NCBI GenBank assembly: GCA_035514295.1
Contig: DATKBB010000021.1
Coordinates: 74,460-138,459, forward strand
DNA length: 64,000 nt
Origin: Candidatus Limnocylindria bacterium
GTDB lineage: Bacteria; Chloroflexota; Limnocylindria; Limnocylindrales; CSP1-4
Direction of reading: 5' to 3'
The notes under the pieces were generated by a model that ran no database searches, was not told the origin of the DNA, and worked only from the letters and a program-made list of their open reading frames with translations. The position numbers were made by a program, and so were the translations under genes. Positions 12,207-20,620 of this stretch are shown here, piece by piece (position 1 is the stretch's first letter; each line of letters begins with the position of its first letter).

Positions 12207-12241
12207 CCGGGCGGTGGCCGTGCTGCGGCGACCACCGCCGG
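12207..12241. terminator. GC-rich hairpin between convergent genes (possible bidirectional terminator)
   Basis: CCGGGCGGTGG (12207-12217) pairs with CCACCGCCGG (12232-12241) with a one-base bulge. It sits in the 68-nt gap between the hydrolase stop (12192) and the SQR-like stop (12261). There is no U-tract. Confidence 0.35.
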
Positions 12242-12260
12242 ACAGGACGATGGACGAATG

Positions 12261-13418
12261 TCAGACGCGGCCCCTCGGGACCGTGTGCCAGTACGTCTTG
12301 TTGAAGACGAGCTTGCCCAGGTGCCAGAAGCGATTCGGGCGAGGCGGCTCGGGCGGGTGGTCGTAGTCGAAGCGAAGCAGCGTTCCTTTGCCGTCGCCGA
12401 TCTCGAAGAAGCACATCACCCGGCCGTTGTAGGTGGCCTGGAGTTCCTCGGGCGGCCGGCCCTCGACCGCCGCGGCAATACGCTCGGCGACCACCGGTGC
12501 CTCGAAGTGAGCCGTCGAGCCTGCCTTCGAGAGGGGCAGGTCCGTTGCGTCGCCCAGGGCGTAGACTCCCGTCTGGCCGACGACCTCCAGGGTCTGCCGA
12601 TCCGTTGGCAGCCAGCCGCCGGGCGCAGGCGCCAGGCCCGCATCGATGAGCACCTGCGCGCCGCGGTGGGGCGGCACGAGGATGAGCAGGTCGTAGGCCA
12701 GCTCCTCGCCTTCCAGGCTCTGGACCACGCGCCGCTCGGGATCGATCGCCTCGACGTTGAAGAACGTGTGCAGGGTGATGCCCTTCTCGATCATCTGCTC
12801 GGTGGCCATCTCGCTGACGCTCTCGATGGTGAAGGCGCGACCGATCGGCGAGCAGAAATCGATCTCGCTGTCCTCGCGCAACCCGCGCTGGCGCAGCTCC
12901 GCCTCCAGCAGGAAGGCCACCTCGAGCGGCGCCGGCGGGCACTTGTAGGGCATGCCGGCGATGCCGATGACGATGCGTCCGCCCGTGAACGAGTCCAGCG
13001 CAGAGCGCAGCCTGAGTGCTGCCTCGGCGCTGTAGAAGTGATGCGCCTCGTCTTCGAAGTGCTCCATCTCCTGGGGCACGATGCGCGAGCCGGTGGCCAG
13101 CACGAGGTGCTCGTAGCCCAGCCACTCGCCGGTTTCCAGGCGCACGGCACGGCTGACCGTGTCGATCGCGACGGCCTCGCCGACCACCAGCTGGACGCGC
13201 GAGTCGAGCAGCGAGCGCTCCGGGCGCTGGAGACGCTCGGGCCGCTCGCCGCCGAAGGTTATGTACATGAAGCCGGGCTGGTAGACGTGAGCGCCCAGCC
13301 GGTCGACGACGGTGACCGAGACCTGGCCGCTGTCGACCCAGTGGCGTAACTTGCGGCCGACCAGGTTGGCGACGATCGTGCCGCCGACGCCACCTCCCAG
13401 GATCAGGATGCGCTCCAC
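12261..13418 (-). CDS. sulfide:quinone oxidoreductase-like FAD-dependent oxidoreductase
   Basis: I chose the start at GTG 13418 (VERILILGGGVGGTIVAN = FAD dinucleotide fold), 10 nt after the upstream TusA stop. SQR/FCSD-type blocks are present: GMPYKCPPAPLEVAF and YALGDATDLPLSKAGSTAHFEAPV. Confidence 0.8.
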   Translation of the reverse strand: MERILILGGGVGGTIVANLVGRKLRHWVDSGQVSVTVVDRLGAHVYQPGFMYITFGGERPERLQRPERSLLDSRVQLVVGEAVAIDTVSRAVRLETGEWLGYEHLVLATGSRIVPQEMEHFEDEAHHFYSAEAALRLRSALDSFTGGRIVIGIAGMPYKCPPAPLEVAFLLEAELRQRGLREDSEIDFCSPIGRAFTIESVSEMATEQMIEKGITLHTFFNVEAIDPERRVVQSLEGEELAYDLLILVPPHRGAQVLIDAGLAPAPGGWLPTDRQTLEVVGQTGVYALGDATDLPLSKAGSTAHFEAPVVAERIAAAVEGRPPEELQATYNGRVMCFFEIGDGKGTLLRFDYDHPPEPPRPNRFWHLGKLVFNKTYWHTVPRGRV

Positions 13419-13428
13419 GGCGACGGCC

Positions 13429-13677
13429 TCAGTGAGTCTTCTCGACGACGATCTCGTCGAAGCCGTCGCGCTCGGCGACGTCCACAAGCCGGTGGCCGGC
13501 CTTCTCGACCCACTTGGGGATGTCGACACGCGAGCCCCGGTCGGTCGAACGGACGCAGATCACTTCGCCCACCGGGGCGGCGCGGATGGTCCGGATGAGT
13601 TCCATGAGTGGCCCGGGGCAGTAGCTGCCGCGAGCATCGACCACGTGCGCGGTCTGGTTTCCGACCTGTTCAATCAT
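13429..13677 (-). CDS. TusA/SirA-family sulfur carrier protein
   Basis: Start at ATG 13677 (MIEQVGNQTAHVVDARGSYCPGPLMEL...). The conserved CPxP active-site motif is present. A GCGAGG run lies about 9 nt upstream, and the size is typical (about 82 aa). Confidence 0.85.
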   Translation of the reverse strand: MIEQVGNQTAHVVDARGSYCPGPLMELIRTIRAAPVGEVICVRSTDRGSRVDIPKWVEKAGHRLVDVAERDGFDEIVVEKTH

Positions 13678-13693
13678 CGTCGCGACCTCGCTC

Positions 13694-14329
13694 TCAGATG
13701 AAGAGGGTGGCATCGGCCTGGGTCATCAGCTCCAGAGCGGTCGCCGCTCCGGCGGGCTCACCCATGCCGTCAATCAGCTGGTCCTGGCGGATGCCGAGCA
13801 TGTCCATCGTCATCTGGCAGGGGATGAAGCGGACGCCCATCGCCTGCGCCGCCTCGAGCAGCTCGCGGGGGCTGGCCACGTTGTAGCGCCTGGCCAGACG
13901 CCGCATCATCCATGGGCCCAGGCCCAGGAAGTTCAACTTGGTCGTCCTGACATGGTCGATGCCCGGCCGCTGCATGACGGCGAGCATCTTCTGCATCCAG
14001 TCCTGGCCGGTGATGCGCACGCCGTCGCGGACGAAGGGCAGCAGCCCCCAGAACGTGACGAAGACGTCCGACTTCATGCCACTCGCAGCCGCGGTGGAGG
14101 AGAGGATCAAGGTCGGCCAGAGCTTGTCCAGCTCGCCGCTCCAGGTGACTATGACCAGCTGGCGCGTCTTCGGTTCGGCGGCTGGCGTCGCGGCGGAGTC
14201 GAGCAGTGCCCGCTGCTCGATCTCCTCGACCGGGGTTTCGCTGACGGCCGCTTCGAGGAAGGCCAGCATTCGGGCATCGAACGGTTGCCTGTCGATGGCC
14301 ACGGGCGGGGCGACGGTCGGTGCTGTCAT
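13694..14329 (-). CDS. DsrE/DsrF-like (COG2210-type) protein, long form
   Basis: Start at ATG 14329 (MTAPTVAPP...), preceded by GAGGTG. The core ...QLVIVTWSGELDKLWPTLILSSTAAASG...FVTFWGL... and the Cys motif FIPCQMTMDMLGI parallel the motif in the upstream paralog (IQACSLSMDLLQL). Confidence 0.7.
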   Translation of the reverse strand: MTAPTVAPPVAIDRQPFDARMLAFLEAAVSETPVEEIEQRALLDSAATPAAEPKTRQLVIVTWSGELDKLWPTLILSSTAAASGMKSDVFVTFWGLLPFVRDGVRITGQDWMQKMLAVMQRPGIDHVRTTKLNFLGLGPWMMRRLARRYNVASPRELLEAAQAMGVRFIPCQMTMDMLGIRQDQLIDGMGEPAGAATALELMTQADATLFI

Positions 14330-14339
14330 CTGGGACACC

Positions 14340-14594
14340 TCACTTGTGACGGAGCAGGAATCGGAACTCGCCGTCGGCGCTGACAGACGAGAGCAGCTGG
14401 TGGCCGGTCGTGCGGCTCCACGCGGCGAAGTCGGCCACGGCGCCCGGATCCGTGGCGACAACCTCGAGCAGCTCCCCCGCAGCCAGCTCCTTCATGGCCT
14501 GCGCCGTGCGCACGATGGGCATGGGGCACTTGAGACCACGGGCGTCCAACTCACGCAGTGGGCCGGCGGCCGGTCCCAGCTGGCTGGCGGTCAT
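14340..14594 (-). CDS. TusA/SirA-family sulfur carrier protein
   Basis: Start at ATG 14594 (MTASQLGPAAGPLRELDARGLKCPMPIV...), preceded by AAAGGAGA 5 nt upstream. The CPxP motif is present. Confidence 0.85.
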   Translation of the reverse strand: MTASQLGPAAGPLRELDARGLKCPMPIVRTAQAMKELAAGELLEVVATDPGAVADFAAWSRTTGHQLLSSVSADGEFRFLLRHK

Positions 14595-14619
14595 GCTGTC
14601 TCCTTTCACGGGTTGGGCG

Positions 14620-15039
14620 TCAGATGAAGAGCAGCTGGCCCTCGCCGGCGTTGACGTAGAAAGCGGTCACGCCTTCGACGCCGTCGACCAGCGGGTCCAG
14701 CTGTGCGGGTTCGAGCTGCAACAGGTCCATCGACAGCGAGCAGGCCTGGATGTCGACCTGACCGATCTCCTTGGCCTGGCGCAGGGTCTCGGCCCAGCCC
14801 TGCTGGCCGGCGCGAGCCAGCGCGTCGACGGCGGCTCGTCCTTCCGCGCCTGCCTCGGGCGCGAGCGGCAACGGGCGCTCGATCCGGTCGGCACGAAAGG
14901 CATCGAGCGCCCAGTACTGCAGGAAGATGTGCACAGGCCGCCCGAGCGCCGCCGCGCCGGCAGTCAGCACGGCGGCTGCCTGCAGCCTGTCTTCGGTGCC
15001 GGAGAACAGCACGAGCGAGATCTGTTCGTCGTCGCCCAT
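14620..15039 (-). CDS. DsrE/DsrF-like (COG2210-type) protein
   Basis: 139-aa ORF (MGDDEQISLVLFSGTEDRLQAAAVLTAGAAALG...VDIQACSLSMDLLQL...VTAFYVNAGEGQLLFI). A GGAGG run lies about 10 nt upstream of ATG 15039. Confidence 0.75.
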   Translation of the reverse strand: MGDDEQISLVLFSGTEDRLQAAAVLTAGAAALGRPVHIFLQYWALDAFRADRIERPLPLAPEAGAEGRAAVDALARAGQQGWAETLRQAKEIGQVDIQACSLSMDLLQLEPAQLDPLVDGVEGVTAFYVNAGEGQLLFI

Positions 15040-15167
15040 CTCTGCTCAGCCTCCGTACGGTGCCTGCCCTGTCCACTATTCGCCGTCGACCGACACGTGC
15101 AGAGGGCTTATGAGCCCGTAGGCACAGGCCATCTGACCCTCTCTGCCGGGGCCATCGGTCAGTCCGC

Positions 15168-16097
15168 TCAGGCGGCCGCCTCGATGGCCGAAGTGACCGC
15201 CTCCGACAGCGGCACCAGCACCACCGACGTGGACGCGTAGCGGGCAACCTTGTCGGCCAGGGGATGCTCGCCCGGCCGGACCGGTCGGCGGGCCACGACC
15301 AGCAGGTCGGCGCGATGATCGTCGGCCAGTTCAAAGCCGGCCTGCAGCGGGTGGCCGAGCCGAAGATCGATGACCACGTCGCGCGCCAGCGGCCGCGCAC
15401 GATCGGCCAGCTCGTGCAGTACGTCGCGCGCGGCGAGGCGCAACTCGGTGGTCAGCTCCTCCTCCAGGTCGGGCGCTCCGCCGAGCCCCGGCGACAGACC
15501 TAGCAGCCCGCCCAGCACGAGTTGCGTGCCGTGCAGCCAGCCGGACGATTCCAGCCACGCCATCACGGTCTGCACCTGCAGAGATCCGTCGGTCAGCACG
15601 AGTACCACCTGCGGCAGCGGACCGGGCGGCAGGCGGGCCGAGCGAGCGACCAGCACGGGCACCCTGGAGTGGGCCAACACCTGCTGCGAGACGCTGCCCA
15701 ATAGGGCGGTGCTGAAGTCCGACCGACCCCGCGGGCCAAGCGCGATCAGATCGGCGGCCCGTTCCTCCTGCTCGCGCAGGATTTGCGTCGCCGCGTCGCC
15801 CTGGCGGGCCTTGGCCTCGACCGATAGGCCGGCAACCCTCATCCGCCGCGCCACGCTATCGGCGATCCGTCGGGCAGCCTCCTCCTCGTCGGCCTCCAGC
15901 TCGGCCAGCGCGCGCATCAGGCTCCCGTGACGCGTGCCATGCAACCACGACCGGGCCGCGATCAGGGGGGCGCCAACAGTCAGCACGGTGAACTGAGGCG
16001 GACTGGCCCAGCGGGCGTTGGTCAGCCAGGCTTCGGCGGCACGGGCTGGCGTGGAGTCGTCGCTGGCCAGCACTACTTTGATCGGCACCTCGCGCAT
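15168..16097 (-). CDS. universal stress protein, tandem USP domains
   Basis: 309-aa ORF with two USP-like halves, each ending in the ATP-loop-type pattern (...LIALGPRGRSDFSTALLGSVSQQVLAHSRVPVLV... and ...LLVVARRPVRPGEHPLADKVARYASTSVVLVP). Confidence 0.85.
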   Translation of the reverse strand: MREVPIKVVLASDDSTPARAAEAWLTNARWASPPQFTVLTVGAPLIAARSWLHGTRHGSLMRALAELEADEEEAARRIADSVARRMRVAGLSVEAKARQGDAATQILREQEERAADLIALGPRGRSDFSTALLGSVSQQVLAHSRVPVLVARSARLPPGPLPQVVLVLTDGSLQVQTVMAWLESSGWLHGTQLVLGGLLGLSPGLGGAPDLEEELTTELRLAARDVLHELADRARPLARDVVIDLRLGHPLQAGFELADDHRADLLVVARRPVRPGEHPLADKVARYASTSVVLVPLSEAVTSAIEAAA

Positions 16098-16276
16098 CGC
16101 TCACTCCCGCTGCGGTGCGTGCAGTCTCGCGCGTGCCGGGGGCTGCTCGGTAGGGAGCTGCATACCCATCGGGCAGGGCCGTTCGGCCCGTTCGAGGGTG
16201 AGAGGGCCGCCCGCCCGCTCGGGACGGTCCGAATGGACCTAGCCCATCAGCCTGTTCATCGTCGATCGTCGAGCAC

Positions 16277-19009
16277 ATGCCCATGCCAAGCCCGAGCTCC
16301 CTGCCACCCGATCTCGGTCTGTCCTCAGAGCCCTGGACGCTCACGCCGGATGAGCTGATAAGCGGCCTGCGCACAGGCTCCGACGGCCTGCCCGCGGCAG
16401 AGGCCGCCGCGCGCCTGGAGCGGTTCGGGCCCAACGAGCTGCCCGGGGCCGCCGGGCGCAGCGCGCTGGCCATCCTTTTCGCCCAGTTCCGCAGCCCGCT
16501 GATCTACATCCTGCTGCTGGCCGGCGTGCTGACCGTCGTCCTGGAGGAGTACATCGATGCCGGCGTGATCGCGCTCATTCTCGCCATCAACGCGGTCGTC
16601 GGCTTCAGCCAGGAGTACCGCGCCGAGCAATCGATGGCGGCCCTGCGCCAGCTCGCCCGCGCCCGGGCTCGAGTGATGCGCGATGGACACGAGCGCGAGG
16701 TCGATGCCTCCGAGCTGGTGCCCGGCGACGTGATCCTGATCGAGACGGGGGACCGCATCCCGGCCGACGCCCAGCTACTGCGCGCAGCCGCGCTGGAGAT
16801 CGACGAGTCGCTGCTCACCGGTGAGTCGGCGGTGGTGGGCAAGCGGCCCGGAGCTGTCGCCGCCGATACGGCGCTGGGGGACCGGCACAACGCGCTGTTC
16901 ATGGGCAGCATCGTCACGCGCGGCCGAGGCCGGGCGCTGGTAACGGCGACGGGCATGGCCAGCGAACTGGGCCGGATCGCCGGCAGCGTCAGTGAGATCG
17001 GCGAAGGCCAGACGCCGCTGCAGCGGCGGATGGCCAGCTTTGCCCACATCATCGGCGGCGCGATCCTGGTCGCCTGCCTGGTCGGCTTCGGTATCGGGGT
17101 GGGCCAGGGCCAGCCGGTGGGCAACGTGCTGCTGGCGATGGTCGCGCTGGCCGTGGCGGCCATCCCCGAGGGGCTGCCCATCGTGCTGACCATCGCCCTT
17201 GCGATCAGCGTCCGCCGCATGTCCCAGCGGCACGTCATCATCCGGCGGCTGCCTGCCGTCGAGACGCTGGGCAGCTGCACTGTCATCGGTTCGGACAAGA
17301 CCGGCACGCTTACCCAGAACCGGATGACAGTGCAGGCCATCCACGCCGGCGGGCGCGAGTATCAGCTGACGGGCGGCGGCTACGACGCGGTCGGCGAGTT
17401 CCTGGAGGATGGACGACCGGTGGCCGTCCCGGAGGCGCTGGAGGATCCCCTGCGCCTGTGCCTCCTCGTGGGTGCCCTGTGCAACGACGCGTCGCTGCTG
17501 CGCCGCAATGACGAGTACGAGGTTCACGGCGACCCGACCGAGATCGCCCTGCTCGTCGCGGCGGCCAAGGCGGGCCTGCTGAAGGACGAGATCGACGAGC
17601 GTTTCAGGCGTCAGGCCGAGATCCCGTTCGAGTCCGAGTCCCGCTACGCAGCGACTTTCCACCGCGACGAGGAGGGTGGTGGGCGACGCTTCGTGGCCCT
17701 GAAGGGGGCCCCGGAGCAGGTGCTCGAGATGGCGCCGAGAGACCTCGACGGCCGGGCGCTTGACGTCACGGCCCTGCTCGAGCGCGCCGACCAGATGGCA
17801 GCCCAGGGACTGCGGGTGCTGGCGATGGCCTATCGCGAGCTGCCCGATGCGGCAGAGTTGGCCGATCCCGGCGCTCAGCTGGCCGACCTCCGATTCGTCG
17901 GCCTGCAGGGCCTGATCGACCCGCCCAGGCCGGAGGCCATCGAAGCCGTGCGCGGCTGCCAGGCGGCCGGCATCTGGGTGGTGATGATCACCGGCGACCA
18001 CGCCGCGACGGGTCTGGCCATCGCGCGCCGGCTGGGCATCGCCGGCCCGGCTGACGGCGCGCTGACCGGCGTCGAGCTGGAGCAGATGGACGACGCCGAG
18101 CTGGCCGCGCGTGTCGACGCGGTGCCCGTGTACGCGCGCGTCTCGGCCGACCACAAGCTGCGCATCGTGCGCGCACTCCGCTCACGCGGCGAGATCGTGG
18201 CCGTGACCGGTGACGGCGTCAACGACGCGCCGGCCCTGAAGGCGGCCGACATCGGCGCAGCCATGGGCAGGTCGGGCACCGACGTGGCCAAGGAAGCCTC
18301 GGACATGATCGTCACCGACGACAACTTCGCCAGCATCTTCGCCGCCGTCGAAGAGGGTCGCATCGCCTTCGACAACGTGCGTAAGACGACCTTCTTCCTG
18401 ATCTCGACCGGTGTCGCAGCCGTCATCGCCGTGCTGGTCAGCCTGCTCTTCGGCTTCCCGCTGCCCTTCCTGCCGGCCCAGATGCTGTGGCTCAACGTCG
18501 TCACCAACGGCGTGCAGGACGTGGCCCTGGCCTTCGAACCGGGCGAGAAGGACGTCTTGCGGCGCCGACCGCGGCCGGTCGGCGAGGGCGTGATCTCACG
18601 CCTGCTGTGGGAGCGGACGGTGCTGGCCGGGTTGGTCATGGCGACGGGCACGCTGGCTCTCTTCCTGCTGGAGCTGGACGCTCACGGCGAGCTCGGCCGA
18701 GCGCAGACGGTGGCGCTGACTACGATGGTGCTCTTCCAGCTCTTCCACGTCGGCAACTCGCGCTCGGAGCACCGCTCAGCATTTGCCAAGAGCCCCTTCT
18801 CGAACCCGTTCCTCCTGGTGGGCACGCTGATCGCGCTGGCACTGCACGTGGCGGCCCTCTACCTGCCGCTCACCCAGTTCGTGCTGCGGGTCGAGCCGCT
18901 CGACCTGGAGACCTGGGCGCGCATGATCGTCGTGGCGGCCAGCATCATCGTGGTCGTCGAGTTGCACAAGCTAGTGCGCGGACCGCGCCGGGGCCTTGCT
19001 CCGGGATGA
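16277..19009 (+). CDS. cation-transporting P-type ATPase (P2, Ca2+/Mg2+-type)
   Basis: 910-aa ORF with the phosphorylation motif GSDKTGTLTQN, the hinge motif VTGDGVNDAPALKAADIG, TGES in the actuator domain and about 10 TM helices. Confidence 0.93.
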   Translation: MPMPSPSSLPPDLGLSSEPWTLTPDELISGLRTGSDGLPAAEAAARLERFGPNELPGAAGRSALAILFAQFRSPLIYILLLAGVLTVVLEEYIDAGVIALILAINAVVGFSQEYRAEQSMAALRQLARARARVMRDGHEREVDASELVPGDVILIETGDRIPADAQLLRAAALEIDESLLTGESAVVGKRPGAVAADTALGDRHNALFMGSIVTRGRGRALVTATGMASELGRIAGSVSEIGEGQTPLQRRMASFAHIIGGAILVACLVGFGIGVGQGQPVGNVLLAMVALAVAAIPEGLPIVLTIALAISVRRMSQRHVIIRRLPAVETLGSCTVIGSDKTGTLTQNRMTVQAIHAGGREYQLTGGGYDAVGEFLEDGRPVAVPEALEDPLRLCLLVGALCNDASLLRRNDEYEVHGDPTEIALLVAAAKAGLLKDEIDERFRRQAEIPFESESRYAATFHRDEEGGGRRFVALKGAPEQVLEMAPRDLDGRALDVTALLERADQMAAQGLRVLAMAYRELPDAAELADPGAQLADLRFVGLQGLIDPPRPEAIEAVRGCQAAGIWVVMITGDHAATGLAIARRLGIAGPADGALTGVELEQMDDAELAARVDAVPVYARVSADHKLRIVRALRSRGEIVAVTGDGVNDAPALKAADIGAAMGRSGTDVAKEASDMIVTDDNFASIFAAVEEGRIAFDNVRKTTFFLISTGVAAVIAVLVSLLFGFPLPFLPAQMLWLNVVTNGVQDVALAFEPGEKDVLRRRPRPVGEGVISRLLWERTVLAGLVMATGTLALFLLELDAHGELGRAQTVALTTMVLFQLFHVGNSRSEHRSAFAKSPFSNPFLLVGTLIALALHVAALYLPLTQFVLRVEPLDLETWARMIVVAASIIVVVELHKLVRGPRRGLAPG

Positions 19010-19022
19010 CTCCGGTAGCCGG

Positions 19023-20582
19023 CTACTTGGTCATCGAGCTCGCACCTGCCTCGCCCCACTGCTCGGGTGTATGCAAGTGCGCGGCCACGTCCATGGCAAC
19101 GAGCGCCTCCGAGTCCGCGGCCAGCTCGGCGCCCAGCCTCTTGACCGCGGCGAGGGTGATCTCGACGTCCTGCGGCCGGCTGAGGTAATTGACGATGCAG
19201 GCGCGCAGCGCATAAGCGCCGCGTACCAGCGTGCCGGCCAGGAACGCCTCGCCGCCCAGCTGCAGGCGCTCGACGAGAGCGCGGTTGAGCGCGTCGAGCA
19301 GCGCCGGATCGGAATGCAGGTGAGGCGGCGCATAGCGGAAGCAGACGACGCTCAGCTCCTGGGGGGCCATCACCTCGAGCTCGGCGTCTTCTTCGACCCG
19401 GCGGTAGAGCAGGCGGGCCAGCTCGATGTTGTCCTCGATCACGCGCGCCAGCGCGTCGAGGCCGTGATGGCGGATGGTCATCCAGATCTTCAGCGCCCGA
19501 GAGCCGCGCGTCTGCTCGAAACCGAACTCGGCGAAGGAGATCGGTCCCTCGACGCCCTGCGCGTTGCCGTCCTGCCGCAGGTATGGCGGCACCAGACTGA
19601 AGGCGTCGCGCATGGCGCCCGCGTCCTTGACCAGCACCGAGCCTGCCTCGACCGGGATCTGCAACCATTTGTGCGGATCGAGCGCCACGCTGTCGGCCAG
19701 GGAGAGGGCGGAGAGCTGCTCGCGGTAGTGCCGGCTGACCACGGCCGGCGCGCCGTAGGCGCCGTCGACGTGCAGCCAGACGGCGTGACGCCGGCAAACC
19801 TCGGCGATCTCCTCCAGCGGATCGATGCTGCCGGTGTTGGTCGTGCCGGCACTGGCCACCACCGCCAGCGGGCGGTGGCCGGCGGCCAGGTCGAGCAGCA
19901 GCTGCGCGGTCAGCTCGTCGACGCGCATCCGGAAGCGGGCGTCGGTCGGGATGACCCGGATGTTGGCGCTGCCGATGCCCAGCAGCTCGCTCGCCTTGCG
20001 CAGGCAGCTGTGGCCCTCCTCCGAGACGTAGAGGAGCAGCTTCTGGCGCTGGCCCTGCAGCCCTTCACGCCGGACGTTCACGCCTCCCTTCGCGTGACGG
20101 GCCACGGCCAGCGCGGTCAGGTTGGCCATCGACCCGCCGCTGACCAGCAGGCCGCCGCTCGAGCGGGGGAAGCCGATGATGTCCTTGAACCAGTCGAGGA
20201 CCTGCCGCTCGATGTGTATGGCGGCGTGGTTGGCGACGTCACAATGCGGATTCATCGCCGCGGCCAGGGCCTCGGCGAAGACGGCCATCACCGCCGGTGG
20301 TGAGCAGACCCAGGCCCAGAAGCGCGGATGCCCGTTGCCCAGCGGGTACGGCCCGACCAGCCGGCTGAAGTCGTCCAGCACGGCGTCCGGCTCGCTGCCC
20401 TGGCGCGGGATGCCCTCGGCCGCCAGGACCTCGGCCAGCGCCTGAGGATAGGGCCGGAACACCGGCCCGTCCGTGGCCTGCTCGAGCTGTCCCGCGATCA
20501 GCTCCACCACCTGCCGGCCGACGCGCCGTACGTCGTCACTGCTCCAGACCATCTCGCCGGCTGATTCTGCTGACGATGGCAT
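19023..20582 (-). CDS. PLP-dependent group II (aromatic-L-amino-acid / glutamate-type) decarboxylase
   Basis: 519-aa ORF with blocks HPRFWAWVCSPP, GLLVSGGSMANLTALAVAR and the PLP-lysine motif SVALDPHKWLQIP. Substrate cannot be assigned from sequence by eye. Confidence 0.88.
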   Translation of the reverse strand: MPSSAESAGEMVWSSDDVRRVGRQVVELIAGQLEQATDGPVFRPYPQALAEVLAAEGIPRQGSEPDAVLDDFSRLVGPYPLGNGHPRFWAWVCSPPAVMAVFAEALAAAMNPHCDVANHAAIHIERQVLDWFKDIIGFPRSSGGLLVSGGSMANLTALAVARHAKGGVNVRREGLQGQRQKLLLYVSEEGHSCLRKASELLGIGSANIRVIPTDARFRMRVDELTAQLLLDLAAGHRPLAVVASAGTTNTGSIDPLEEIAEVCRRHAVWLHVDGAYGAPAVVSRHYREQLSALSLADSVALDPHKWLQIPVEAGSVLVKDAGAMRDAFSLVPPYLRQDGNAQGVEGPISFAEFGFEQTRGSRALKIWMTIRHHGLDALARVIEDNIELARLLYRRVEEDAELEVMAPQELSVVCFRYAPPHLHSDPALLDALNRALVERLQLGGEAFLAGTLVRGAYALRACIVNYLSRPQDVEITLAAVKRLGAELAADSEALVAMDVAAHLHTPEQWGEAGASSMTK

Positions 20583-20620
20583 GGCATATCCTCATGATTG
20601 GCGCGGCGTCTGTCGACGCC

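Noticed and set aside
16219-16233. TCGGGACGGTCCGAA in the USP/P-type-ATPase divergent region as a DosR box.
   Set aside because: The half-sites GGGAC and GTCC are separated by 1 nt, not the 4 nt of the mycobacterial consensus TTSGGGACTWWAGTCCCSAA. The palindrome is imperfect, and I found no comparable site upstream of the other stress genes.
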